Source of the DNA: Botryllus schlosseri
Lineage: Eukaryota
Direction of reading: 5' to 3'
Length of the DNA: 64,000 nt
NCBI GenBank assembly: GCA_051294905.1
Contig: CM119372.1
Coordinates: 26,724,001 to 26,788,000, forward strand
Shown here: positions 1 to 12,709 of the stretch, piece after piece
Layout of the letters: every line of letters begins with the position of its first letter
How positions within the stretch are numbered: the first letter of the stretch is position 1
The notes under the pieces: model-generated
The model's database searches: none
Told to the model about the DNA's origin: nothing
Seen by the model: the letters and a program-made list of their open reading frames with translations, nothing else
Made by a program: the position numbers and the translations under genes

Positions 1-236
1 CAGTACTGTACCGTATTTTTCAGGGATACGAGGATTTCCACGATTATTCAGGAAATATTAATAGTTGAAAAAAAGCGCATAAACCGGACAAATAGTTGGT
101 AAAAAGCGCGTAAACCGGAGAAATAGTTGGGAAAAAGCGCGTAAACCGAGGAGGGGGGGCCCCTCGAAAGCGCGTAAATCAACCAGGGGGGGCCCTGGGC
201 GACCGCCCACCTCGCCCACCCCAAAAGCCACCACTG
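1..236. mobile_element. Right end of a hAT-like MITE, same family as 38802-39242 and 57273-57913; truncated by the window edge
   Basis: Ends cacctcgcccaccccaaaagccaccactg, as do the two complete TSD-flanked copies. Four internal aaagcgc(g/a)taaa repeats at about 70-180. Confidence 0.7.
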
Positions 237-1689
237 CCTGCGAATGAATTCGTAGTTGCTCGAACGAACAATACATAGTGACATCATACATATGCCAGAC
301 ATAGCGCCGTCAAACGTCAGACATATCTGAGCCCGAGCACGTGCGGCTGAATGTTCCGTGATAGATATTATGGCGATGCGATGTTTTCGTATTGGATAAT
401 AACAAGCTGCGTTTCTGTAAGATATTGAGGGTTTCGAAGCCACAGCTTAACTTCAGCTTTAGAATATTGCAGGTTTTGATAGCAGATATTGTAGGTATAG
501 CAGTATCCGAGCTCAAACCTTGGCAAGTTATTCTCAATCCTGTTTCTGAAGACGTGTGTATTTTCGTTGCAGTTTAATGTTGAACATAAGCTATGGCCTA
601 TAAGAACGTATTACATTTTCTGACATTGAACTACACGAAAATGGAAGCGTTGTGGCATTATGAATCATGACGTCGAATGCTTAGGCCTATGTGATAGAAA
701 GGGATCATTTCGCCTCTTGCTTCTAACACGATGACGTGCGAAATACATTGGAAGTGCGATGCAAAGGCATATTACCAGAAAAGTTTGCAATCACGCTGCA
801 AAAGACGATTCAGGTACGAAGTCCTAGTAGTCCTGTAGAATTTGGTCTAAAAATGGGTCAACCTAGAAAAAATTCTTATGAAGACGTTTTACATACCGTT
901 GGAAAGATAATTTTACCAGCTTTTCAATGATAGGTTTTGTCACTTTTTTTACCTAGGGGAAAAATAATTATGACCAAAAACGTGCCAAAGGGTAAAAATT
1001 CAAATTAGGGAAAATATTAACATAAAAATATGAACAAAAGACTATAAACTAATGAATTATCAACAGAAAAGCAGGATATAGATGCAAAAGGAATATATGA
1101 AAATTAAAATAGAATTATGTATATGTTTCAGGGAGTAAGAGTGAGCAAGACAGGGGGGCGCAAGTAGAGCTATCGTTGTTCGTTATAACTTCATTATGTT
1201 ATTGTTTACTTACTATGGTCTGTTTCATTTACCTTGCTTGTTTTTTCAAGATAGTGCTTAGTCAAAAAGAAACAGGAATTTGTGTTAAGTGTAGAAACGG
1301 CTATCGGACTGGTGATTCACTGTGTCATTCGGGAGCTTATTTCTTAGTGATAATACCACACACCCTTTAAACTCGTGTTGCATTTAAAACAACAATCAAT
1401 TAAAAACAAACTTGTTTAAAACAAGGCCCTAATTTAAAACATGTTTTTATTGTTTTTTGTTTTTAAGCCATGACATCATGAATATTCAATTGTGACGTCA
1501 TAATGGATTGAAATTGACCATCGAAATTATAGGGTAAATGTAGCCCCTTTGACAAAATATCTGTACTACAACTGTTGAACCGACTATTTTGATGGTTCCA
1601 CTTCCAACCATCCCATAACGATATACGTCGGCTAACTTTGGTAGTAATTAACCGTGTGCTCATACAACATGTTTTTGGAAAGTATTTAC

Positions 1690-2110
1690 TGTAACGATAG
1701 CATACCATCGTTGTTTAGAAGTACCAAGCCACGCGTGTGATCCTGATGTAAGCCATGCTCTTGGTCTGCCGTGTTTCTTATTTAATTGGCATATTTAGTA
1801 ATTGTTTACCTTTTTACAGGCATAATTAGTAATTAAGATCAATGATGTTAGTGTAGGATTGTTGCCGGAATAAATTGGTAAGATTTGCATTGTTAGATAG
1901 GACGCAGTAAGCTAGTATTGATTCTGTTTTTGTGTAACTTTTAGTTCACCGTATCACTTCCGTATTTCCACTGCAAAAAGAAGATTCATGCGCCTTGGCT
2001 TTAGTCAACGAATATATTGAAGAATATACAAGTGTGGATTTGGTTGTGGTACGCGTTGACTACCGGGAGCCTTGCTACGTAATTCGAGTTGATCTTGAAG
2101 AGCCGTAATA
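1690..2110 (+). repeat. 5' LTR of BEL/Pao element
   Basis: Direct repeat of 8681-9101 with one mismatch (a2023 vs g9014). Begins tgtaacg and ends cgtaata. Confidence 0.97.
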
Positions 2111-2301
2111 GTGAACAAATTAGGGAACACTTTACTGAACAATCTATAGTGAACAAGATATTGTTAGTGAACAATTCACAACAATAGTGGACATTTTCAA
2201 GTCAGCCTAAGCTTGGTGAAGTTTTTGCATTCCGAAGGAAGGTGGAATTATTACTGTAAAGATTCAAGACATCATTATTGAGTCGTAAGGAAGGAATCGA
2301 A

Positions 2302-4983
2302 ATGCTTGATAGTGATGATCCAATTACAGAGGCTTCTGCCCGTCAGGAACCTGAAGATGCAATTCCCTCTAGTGAATTAGCGGGAACAAGTAACCAGGAA
2401 GTGTCTGAAGCAGACGTTCAAGAAGGACGCAAGAGAACTCCAACAGAGAAAGGTACTGAATATGCTATTGCTATGTGCCGAGATAAGGTCAAGTCAACAC
2501 GTTTGGCTCTAACAAAGACGACCACTGAAGTACTAAGCCTGGTATCAGGAGCCGAGCTACACATACTTAAACAAGGGAAAATAAAAGTGACTGATGCTTT
2601 CAAGGAATTTTCTGATGCTCATCAGACGTATGTGACTAATCTTATTGAGCCAGATGAGATTGAAGATGCAAATAGTAAATTTGCTCGAGCAAATGAGAGG
2701 TACAATGAAGCAGTGAACTCTATAAATGAAACTATCCATCGTGTCGAAGCAGAAGAATCAGATTCAATTTCCATGAGATCCTCCCGTTCAAGCTCGTCCA
2801 AAGGTAAACGTTCAACACGTTCTCGTAGGTCTAATGTTTCCTCAATAAAGCAACAACGTTCAGAAGCAGCTGCTGAAAGAGCTGCGTTAGATGTAGACCT
2901 ACGGTATTCAGCAGCTGAAAACGAATTAAGCCAGAAGCTTGTGTTAGAAGAACAGAAAAAAGAGGAATTGGAAGCAGATAACAGACGATTACGTGCTAAA
3001 CTTGATGCTTCTCAAACCAGGATTAAGCAACAGATGGAGCATTTAAAGTTGCAGAGAGAAAGAGACAAAGCTCGTGTCCGAGAACGGATCCTAGCAGATG
3101 TTGATCATGGACCTGATATAGCAATGGAGACTATGAATCCGCTTGTGGTTCCTACACCGAAGCCGACTTTGAATCCAGCATCCAGATCATTGCAAGTGAC
3201 TCCTGTTCCAATCGAAATTTCAGGTACTCTATTACCATCAGTTACTAGATTGAACCCACAGTCGACACCGTTTTCTCCATCTGCTGCTTGTGCTGGGTTT
3301 GCTGAACCGTTGATTGCATCGCGTCCTGTTGCTCGCAAGGAATCTCTAGAATTTGATTCACCTGTTGAGCCGAGTAAACAGTATCAGAGATCTGTGCCGA
3401 TCCTGCCATGTGAGGAACCGAAGGTATTCCGTGGTGACATATTGGAGTATCCTGTATGGAAGACTCGTTTCACAGAATTAATTGAAAGAAACGTGAAGGA
3501 TCCAAGTAGACGACTGAGTTACTTGAATAAATACACTGCAGGAGAAGCAAATCAGCATATTAATACGTTTCTTGTGAATCCAACCACAGAAAGTTACAAT
3601 GAAGCACAGCAAATTTTGGAAGATTGGTATGGAGATCCTGATGCGATTACCAACAGTTACAGAATGAAGATACTAGAATGGCCTGTGATCTCTACGACAG
3701 ATGGAGGTAAGGGACTCAGACAATTTTCAAGTTTCCTGACCAGCTGCAAGACTTTGATGACAAATTCTAAGTACTTGTCTATAAATGATGAGAAGGTCAA
3801 TCAAAGCATTGTATCTAAGTTGTCTGCAGCTCAGAGGGATAATTGGTCCAGAATCATTGCAGAAGCCAAGGAATCTGCTAATGGTCATTCTTTTGTCGCT
3901 GAAGCAAATGAATGTAATCGTAATAGAATGGCTCTCTCCAGTTCTGCAACATTCTTGATGTTATGTGATCATGTCAGAAAGGAAGCAAAGGTTGCTACGC
4001 AGCCTGTTTATGGCACTGCTATCTTGAACCAGATTGTGGCAGAGAACAGGAAGATTCACGCTCCTTACAAGAAGGATTATAAAAGTGCACGTACATTCGC
4101 TACGAATTCATGCAACCAGGTCGACAGCGATGTGAAGCAAGAGAGTGCACCTAAGTTTGGAAGTGAATCCAGAAAGGAATTTAACTGTCTCTACTGTCAT
4201 GGCCAACATGGATTATTCAAATGTGCCAGTTTCAAAGATGCAGAGTATTCAGCAAAGATTCAGTTCCTTCGTGAGAACAGACTCTGCTTCGGGTGTTTAA
4301 AGCAGAATCATATCACAAAGTTCTGCAGACATAGACTCAGATGTGAAGTATGCAACAAGGTTCACCCGACAGTTCTCCATAGGGACAGTACCGACACAGA
4401 AGTTATGCACAGATCTACTCCAGAGTCAAGACCTGCTACAAGTAAGCAGAAGACAAGTTCCGCAAATTGTCTCATGACTGGAATAGATCGGGTTAAGTCG
4501 ACGAGAATCGTGCCGGTTTGGATTCAAGATGCGCTGCATCCAGAAAAGGAGATCAAAACGTATTGTGCTTTGGATGAACACAGTGATTGCACCTTCATCT
4601 CTGAGAAGTTGATGGACCAGTTTGATGTTGAATCACATGAGGTAAATCTTCGTATCACTACTCTTTATAACGTTACTATGGCTGCGGCTCGAAAGGTAAA
4701 GGGGTTGAGAGTGAGAGGATTGGGCGGACCTTATATTGATTTACCTTCGTGTTATTCTACTGATGAGATACCCGTAAGCACTGAACAAGTGGTGTCAAGG
4801 TCTATGATCAAAGATTGCCCTAAGTACCAAGGCATAATGAGTGAATGTGTGGAATTTGATTCCAATATTGATGTTGGCATTCTGATTGGCATAGATGGCA
4901 TCGAGGCTCTGAGTCCCATGGAAGTTATCACTGATAAAGAGTCCAACAGCTTGCTATTAAATCAGTGTTGGGATGGAGTATAG
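2302..4983 (+). pseudogene. gag: BEL/Pao Gag plus aspartic protease, first part of the polyprotein, ending at a frameshift
   Basis: ATG at 2302 (the ORF track starts at TTG 2278). RKRTPTEKG N-terminal motif and DUF1759-like FRGDILEYPVWKTRF...LNKYTAGEA. Three Zn knuckles CLYCHGQHGLFKC, CFGCLKQNHITKFC and CEVCNKVHPTVLH. Protease YCALDEHSDCTF and IGILIG-like motif. Confidence 0.92.
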
Positions 4984-7076
4984 TTGGCCTTGTAACAAAA
5001 TCATGTCCAAGCACTCTGCATTGTAATCGCATTGTGAGTCACAATGTTAACAATTCGAGTTTTGTGCCAATTCATCAGACCAAAGAATTGATTAATCCAG
5101 TGACGGTGCTGAAATGCTTTGAACAGGATTTTTCAGAAATTTCTTCAAAACCTGGCATCATGTCAGCAAGCCTTTCAGACAAGCCAATATCTATAGAAGA
5201 CAAGAAGTTTTTGAAAATTTGTGAAAATGGAATAGAGAAGACGGCAACTGGACATTATGAGCTACCGTTACCATTTCGTAATGAGCCGAAAATTCGTAAC
5301 AACAAACCACTTGCCATCAAACGATTGCAGGCAGTGAAGAAGAAAATGTCTCAAGATCCGAAGTATAAACATGACTACTGTGAGTTCATGGAGAAGATCA
5401 TTAGTAAAGGTTATGCTGAGAAAGTTAAGAAAGATGATGGCGGGACTCCTGGACAGACCTGGTATTTGATTCATCATGGAGTTTACCATCCTACGAAACC
5501 GAATAAAATTCGAGTTGTGTACGATGGAAGCGCTAAGTATCAGGGAGACTGTCTGAATGATCTCTTGCTTCCAGGGCCATGTTTGATGAATTCCATAATT
5601 GGAGTCATGTTAAGATTCCGTAAAGGATTGTATTGCTTCACTGCGGACATCGAACAGATGTTTTATTCGGTTCATCTGAAACCAGAATATCGAGACTTCT
5701 TTCGCTTCCTCTGGTGGGAAAATGGAGATACGAGCAGGGATCCTGTAGAATACAGAATGACTGTACATTCATTTGGTGTTTCTTCGTCACCTGGCTGTAG
5801 TATATTTGCTCTGAAGAAGACTGCCGAGGACAATGCAGAAGAGTTTGGTGCTGATGTAGCCAAGGTGATAATATCAAGTTCATATGTGGAAGATATTCTT
5901 GCCAGCTGTGATTCCATTTCAGAAAGTTTATTGTTGACGAAGTCCTGTAAAGAAGTTTGTAAAAGAGAAGGTTTTAATCTCACGAAGTTTGCTGCCAACA
6001 ACACTGAGGTTTTGAGTAAGATTCCTGTTGAAGATAGATGCTCGGAGGTGAAAAATATTGATTTGGCATGTGACAGCCTAACTGTTCTAAGAACCCTGGG
6101 CGTTGAATGGTGTATTGAGTCCGACAGTTTCATGTTTCGGGTTTCAGTGAAGGAAAGACCCTTCACCAGGCGTGGATTACTTGGAACTGTTTGCAGTATT
6201 TATGATCCGTGTGGCTATTTAGCTCCTCTGGTCTTGGAAGGAAAGCTCATCCTTCAAAGTATGGTAAAAGATAAAAAGGACTGGGATGAAGCTTTGCCAG
6301 CTGATCTAAAGCCACGTTGGGAGAAATGGATCAGTGAATTGCCACTTATTTCAGAATTGAAAGTGAGAAGATGCTTCAAACCAGAAGGTTTCGGTGATAT
6401 TAGGAAAGCCGAATTGCATCATTTCAGTGATGCTTCAAAAAAGGCATATGGACAATGCTCATATTTGCGTCTTATTGATGACAACAACAATATCCATTGT
6501 TCCTTTGTTATTGGAAAGTCGAGAGTGGCACCCTTGAAATTTGTGACAGTACCGCGATTGGAATTAACTGCCGCTGTGGTTTCTGTGCGTGTTGGAAAGA
6601 TGTTACAAGACGAGTTGGAATATGAGCATCTGACAGAAACTTATTGGACAGACAGTTCAGTTGTTTTGGGATATATTTCGAATGAGTCTAAAAGATTCCA
6701 TACTTACATTGCGAATCGTGTGGAAGAAATTCGAAGCCACAGTCAGACCAACGATTGGCTTCATGTGCCGACAAAGGATAATGTTGCTGACGATGCATCG
6801 AGAGGAATGACTGCAAAGGAACTGACGAATCAGTGCCGGTATTTGAATGGTCCAAGTTTTTTGTGGAAGTCATTACCTGCTGACTCAAAGAGCTCAAATG
6901 AATTTTCTGCGTTGAATGAAGAAGATCCAGAAGTTAGGAAAGCAACTGTTTTGACAACTAAAGGAGAAGTTGAGTTGCCAGATCTTCTTGAAAAGATGTG
7001 TTATCATTCATCGTGGCGGAAAGTTCTTCTTTTCACAGCGGTTATGAAAAGATTTATCAAGTATTGGAAAATCTAA
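4965..7076 (+). pseudogene. pol: BEL/Pao reverse transcriptase plus Pao-type RNase H
   Basis: LGWSIVG, WYLIHHGVYHPTKPNKIRVVYDGSA, TADIEQMF, FRFLWW, YVED (5883-5894; canonical YVDD), RTLGVEW, LHHFSDAS, TVPRLEL, WTDS, NVADDASRG. Ends at in-frame TAA 7074-7076. Confidence 0.93.
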
Positions 7077-8591
7077 TTGGATGCCAGAAAGAGTAAGCTT
7101 TCACCCAATTATGATGAGATAAGGGCACCAGTATCAGTGCAAGAAATGAACAAAGCCAAATGTTGCGTAATCAAGTTGGTGCAGTATGATGTTTTCCAAG
7201 AAGAATTGAAGGACATTGAAACGTGTGTGGATGTTGGTGACGGAAGTACCAACAGGAGTGTGAAAGTAAAGAAATCTTCCTGTATGTACAAACTGCGCCC
7301 GTTCGTGGATTCAGATGGATTGCTTCGTGTCGGAGGTAGATTGCTTTTGTCAAGTTTACCAGAAGGGTTGAAACACCCAGTCATACTACCGAAAAATCAT
7401 CACTTGACAAAACTTATAATTCAACACTACCATGAGAATACAAAACATCAAGGACGTGGAATCACACAAAATACAATACGAAATGCAGGATTTTGGATAA
7501 TTGGAGCAACAAGAATGATTTCTCAGTGCATTTCGAATTGTTGCACCTGTTGCAGACTGCGAGGACAAGTATTGCAGCAGAAGATGGCCGATTTGCCAGC
7601 CGACAGAATCGAAGTGGAGGCACCTTTCAGTTATTGCGGTTTGGATATATTTGGACCATGGATCATCAAGCAGGGTCGCAAAGAATTGAAAAGGTATGGT
7701 GTACTCTTTACCTGCTTGTCCAGCCGTGCTGTCCGCATAGAAGTAGCCACCAGTTTGGAAACTGATAGCTTTTTGAATGCTTTACGTCGTTTTGTATGTC
7801 GTAATGGACCGGTACGTCAAATTCGTTGCGACAGAGGCTCTAACTTTGTTGGGGCATCCAGAGAGTTACAGCAAGCTTATAAGCTGATGAATCATGATAA
7901 AATTCAGAAGTCGCTTTTGATGGACGAGTGTGATTATTTTCCATTCAAATTTAATGCGCCTTCAGCATCTTATCAAGGAGGAGTATGGGAAAGACAGATT
8001 CGTAGCTGTCGAGCTGTTCTTTCGTCTTTGTTGATGAAGAATGGTCACCAGTTGGATGAAGATTCGCTTCACACGTTCATGGTGGAAGCAGAAAATATTG
8101 TGAACAGCAGGCCGCTGACTGTGGAGAACTTGACAAATCCAGATGGACTTATACCTTTGTCTCCACACAATATTTTGACTATGAAGACAAAATTGGTGTT
8201 ACCACCACACGGAATATTTGGGAAACCTGACATGTATTTGAGGAAACGTTGGCGTCGTGTTCAGCATTTATCGAATGAATTTTGGCAAAGATGGCGGAAG
8301 GAGTATTTACAATCATTACAAGAACGTCCAAAGTGGAACTCAACCCGCCGTGATTTGAAAGTTGATGATATTGTGATCATCGTTGATGACAACAGTCCCA
8401 GAAACTGTTGGAAAATGGCTCGAGTCGACAAGGTTTACCCGAATGAAGATGGACATGTTCGCAGAGTTTTGTGTCGTGTCGCAAACTCCGCTCTTGATTC
8501 TAAGGGTAGAAGAACGAAAGATGCCTTGCTTCTGGAGCGACCGATTCAGAAGTTGATTTTACTGAAGAAGGCAGAAGAACCGGGACTATAG
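7077..8591 (+). pseudogene. pol: BEL/Pao integrase, in frame with RT after a premature stop
   Basis: LRVGGRL, KHPVILP, HHCC zinc motif (H..HQG..CCTC), DDE core GLDIFGP / RCDRGSNF / GGVWERQIR, VNSRPL and DUF5641-like FWQRWRKEYL...RPIQKL. Confidence 0.93.
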
Positions 8592-8670
8592 CCCGACGAG
8601 GAGCCTTTTTGTTTACTGTTAAACTGTTTGATTTTTGGTGTTAATGTTATTTAGAAATGCAGTCATTTCT

Positions 8671-8680
8671 AGGGGGGGAA
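8671..8680 (+). promoter_or_regulatory. Polypurine tract (plus-strand primer)
   Basis: agggggggaa immediately 5' of the 3' LTR. Confidence 0.9.
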
Positions 8681-9101
8681 TGTAACGATAGCATACCATC
8701 GTTGTTTAGAAGTACCAAGCCACGCGTGTGATCCTGATGTAAGCCATGCTCTTGGTCTGCCGTGTTTCTTATTTAATTGGCATATTTAGTAATTGTTTAC
8801 CTTTTTACAGGCATAATTAGTAATTAAGATCAATGATGTTAGTGTAGGATTGTTGCCGGAATAAATTGGTAAGATTTGCATTGTTAGATAGGACGCAGTA
8901 AGCTAGTATTGATTCTGTTTTTGTGTAACTTTTAGTTCACCGTATCACTTCCGTATTTCCACTGCAAAAAGAAGATTCATGCGCCTTGGCTTTAGTCAAC
9001 GAATATATTGAAGGATATACAAGTGTGGATTTGGTTGTGGTACGCGTTGACTACCGGGAGCCTTGCTACGTAATTCGAGTTGATCTTGAAGAGCCGTAAT
9101 A
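8681..9101 (+). repeat. 3' LTR of BEL/Pao element
   Basis: 420/421 identical to the 5' LTR by manual comparison. Confidence 0.97.
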
Positions 9102-10564
9102 TTTACACAAGGCAGAATTTTATAACTTGAAAAAATACAATTTTGTATTTCAAAACACCGTTTGTTTTAAATGCAACCCTACTTTGGACACTATAACTGG
9201 TCATGCTTTGAAACTGAATTGCGAAAAGCTGATCGCAAGTTTTCAGAAAAATTAAGGAAATGGCCATATTACGTACATCCACACATCATGCCGTAATTTA
9301 TTGAGAAACCATGCTAGATCCAAGAAACGTTTGTGGTGGCTTAATCAAAAATTGGTATTTCTTCACTGGCAAATAATTTTGCTCTGAGAAATGGTATTTG
9401 ACCTGTGGGGTTCAGATTGCCATGATAGAATAATTAGACACGAGCCACTTAGGCAGCTATCGATAATTAGATAGGCTTATATTTATTTCGAAGTTTACGG
9501 TCAACATAACGGCAATCCTTTTCGGCTGAGGTTTTCTCTCAGGCGATATATTGGCACACTTTTCAGAGTACCAAATATACTTCGTATGTTTTCGTGCATC
9601 GCGGCGTGGTAATGGTCGACGCCGAAATGCCTATTTTTATTTTCTATAAATATTGCTTTTTTTCTGGGGGAAGGGTACTCAATAATAAAAAATTCGGTAA
9701 CATGAAATTACGACCAGCGCGAAAAAAATTGAAAAGAGTTGCATAAAGTGATGTATAAATAATTTATGTACATTCACCGACATTCTTCCGGGTTCCCTTC
9801 GAGATCGCGACCCCCAATTGGAAGATTTGGGGTGCGGCAGTAACGGTCCTGGTAAGAGATCAAAGTCCTGTTGCTGTTTTCTGGTTGAGATTTTACTATT
9901 GGAATTATTGTGCGCTTCAATAGCATATACATATATTAATTGCATGTGGTATATTCGTAGTCAAATCAAGGCTGTTATAACAGCCTTCGGGGAAGGGTTC
10001 ATATCATGTGCTTCGATCCAGATATACGCAGTCCGAATTCCCATCTGTGATTGGCAATACGGAAAAATAGTTGTATTGGGTTTTGTTTTAGTGCTTTGTT
10101 TGACTAGTAAATCAACTGGGAATGCCATGGAGATATCCGCCCACATTGAATTTGGTACTGCACCCAGTTATTAATTTTAACACAAATGTATTCCAAACAA
10201 AGCTCCGCTCCGCGACGTTGTTGGCTGCCAATGATTTCATGTATGTAGTATAGCCTTAACAGCCCCTAAAGGGCGGCAACTGAATATATTTTCGAATATT
10301 CTACCAATGGGTATTGTGTCATTATAAACATTTTGCGTTAGCCGAGAAGATACATGTTACGATTTCGTATGTAGCCACCTCCATAACTGTCGAAAGTATG
10401 CGACCACCCTCACCCCGACCAAATATACTTAGATATTTCTGCCAATTGAAGTAGTTTTCACGTGTCTTAAAAATTACTACTTATTTTACTAAATGAGTAG
10501 AAAATATAGGGAGTTACTTGTGCTACTTGAGTAGCTTAGCCAATCACTTCTACAAACTCTAGTT

Positions 10565-11426
10565 CAGTGGTTCTCAACCGGGGGTCCGCGGACCCCTGGG
10601 GGTCCGTGAAGCATTTTCAGGGGGTTCACGACGCGAAGTGGATGTACAAAATAGTTGATAACCTAATTTATATTTTTCATATTAGGAAAATCCCGAGGCA
10701 GTTTTGCTTCATTACAGTAGAACTCACATCAACAGGATGGCCGTCTGAGATGGAATATCCTGCTGTATGGACTCATTTTAGTTGCTAAATTGCCAATAGC
10801 CCACTGATACAAATATTTGGCTGTGTAGAGGTGTTTTGATGGGCATTGTGTAAAAATTTATGGTTGGATAAGTAATGTCAATCATGGAGACTTTAGAATG
10901 TTCGCAAAAATCCGTTTTCTCCTGCGATATAGGCCTACATACCCATTTCCATAATAACTTCAACATGAGCTGCTAGTTATAAATTAACAGGCTTGGCGTT
11001 ATATGTTCAATATTAAATAGTTTGTCAATTTTGGTGTCATCATTGTTCCGATCATACCCAAATGTGTCGTCAGAAGCGTTTTGCCTTATTATTACATTCG
11101 CCACCACCTTTATTTGTCTAAATGGATTTTTAGCACTCGCTGATATGAAATCGAAGGCGCAGATTTTGAAGACACGACCACGTATTTGAAAAAAGCAGTT
11201 GAATAATTATCTTTGAAATAATAAAACTCAACCTGATTTCTACATAAATAGAATGCTGTTATTTTCAAGAAAAGTAATTTTGTTGCTGTTTATCAGTGGC
11301 CTACAGTTATCATTTGTACAAGACAGATGACGATGGTACGATAATTGAGCTAAATTTTAACTAAAACTTCATGGGGGGGGGGGGTCCAAAAGGGGTCCGC
11401 GAATACAAAAAGGTTGAGAACCACTG
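10565..11426. mobile_element. hAT (Charlie/Buster-type) MITE with degraded transposase C-terminus
   Basis: TIR cagtggttctcaacc and 8-bp TSD ctctagtt/ctcaagtt. Internal ITFATT..GF..KSKA dimerisation-domain remnant, homologous to 33272-34000. Confidence 0.85.
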
Positions 11427-12315
11427 CTCAAGTTCATAGTAAAATATTACGGAAAATCAGAAACCGTCAAAAATGAAAAGCTTTTTGTATATTGAATTGA
11501 CGTTTAATAACATTGCGAAACACAAACAAAAAGCCTCGATACCATTTAAAAACATCTCTGCCCCTGTTCCAGAATGGTATTTAGTGTGGGTTTTTGAATT
11601 TGTTTACCAGTGTAATTTTATGGGTCGAAAAGAGCTTCTGACTGAACGATGATAGAGAATCACTGTATTCAAGTTCACCGAAAACTCACTCGATCTGTAT
11701 TACAACAACTCATGTTTAATGATAGATGATTTCAATAACAATATTTGAATTGTTGCTATTGTATGCTAACCGTGATGTCACTAGCGAAAGCTGAAATTTG
11801 ATTAATTTATGAATATGAGAAAAATTGATACGGAAACAATCTGACGTGATGGAGAAATTATTAGCAAAGAATCGGATTCAGCAACCATAAATTAGCTTTA
11901 ATCAATAATTGAAATTTTTGACGCTAATTTTATTTCGAAATTTGTAAACCACTGTTATCTCCGTCGCGGTCAACTTTTGCCCCCTTAACGTATGATAAAT
12001 ACCTCTTAAATAAAGTTATGTTTCATTGTTTCGCTGTTCGATTGTTAGCATGCTTTACTGGGGGTGATATTCCAATTTATGGTGTTGTATTCTGATACGA
12101 AGGTATCGTATTTTAGCTTATAATTGTATTTTAATGTTAGGCAAAATAGTGCTTTATCCCCTGGCACGTTTTTGGTCATAACTGTTTTCCCCAAGGTAAA
12201 AAAAGTGGCAAAACCCATCATTGAAAAGCTGATAAAATTATCTTTCCAGCGGTATATAATACGTCTTTATAAGAATTTTTTCTAGGTTGACCGAAATTTC
12301 TACAGGACTATAGGC

Positions 12316-12654
12316 CAGGAGTATTAAACTCAACTTGCGTCGCTGGCCGGATTCAAACTTTCAAACCCCTCGCGGGCCGGATCAGTTGAATGATTCCAAA
12401 ATGTTACCTCAAAATGCCCGCCCTTGCTTTTCGCTTGAATACTTTATTATCAATGCTGCCTACATTTTAGTAATATTAATTTTTAATAATAGTTTGACAA
12501 ACGTCTATGTTCCCCTTGTTTTAGTCGTAATCAGGAGGTAACTCGGCGTATGCCCTTCGAGGAACACAAGTGATTTTATTGTAAACGTATCGTTAAAATT
12601 TGTCTCGTTATTATCATTAATCGTCATTCGGGTTTCTCTATCTCTCCGGGGCCT

Positions 12655-12709
<55 letters not shown>

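Larger units (their letters stand above)
1690..9101 (+). mobile_element. Full-length BEL/Pao LTR retrotransposon, recent insertion, coding-defective
   Basis: Two 421-bp LTRs, TSD tttac (1685-1689 and 9102-9106) and PPT agggggggaa. Domain order Gag-PR-RT-RNaseH-IN with BEL/Pao-specific motifs. Confidence 0.97.
1377..9181. mobile_element. Small TIR element (about 400 bp net) split by the BEL insertion
   Basis: gttgcatttaaaacaa (1377-1392) is the exact reverse complement of 9162-9177. The right end reads ...gcaacccta and the left terminus is degraded. Confidence 0.55.
828..12310. mobile_element. Long-TIR non-autonomous DNA transposon, Academ-like, enlarged by nested insertions
   Basis: TIRs of about 160-170 bp (828-996 vs 12153-12310) start TAGTCCTGTAGAA. 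3-bp TSD tag at 825-827 and 12311-12313. Removing the unit restores the 8-bp TSD tcctaggc of the adjacent MITE. The superfamily call rests on TAG ends, long TIRs and the 3-bp TSD only. Confidence 0.75.

Noticed and set aside
4940..4983. Programmed -1 ribosomal frameshift between gag-pro and pol
   Set aside because: No X XXY YYZ slippery heptamer in the overlap, and BEL/Pao elements normally have a single ORF. A 1-bp deletion is simpler.
11430..11956. Possible 3' terminus of a Chapaev3-like element
   Set aside because: Only a recalled resemblance (ggattcagcaacc...aaaccactg), with no partner end or TSD.
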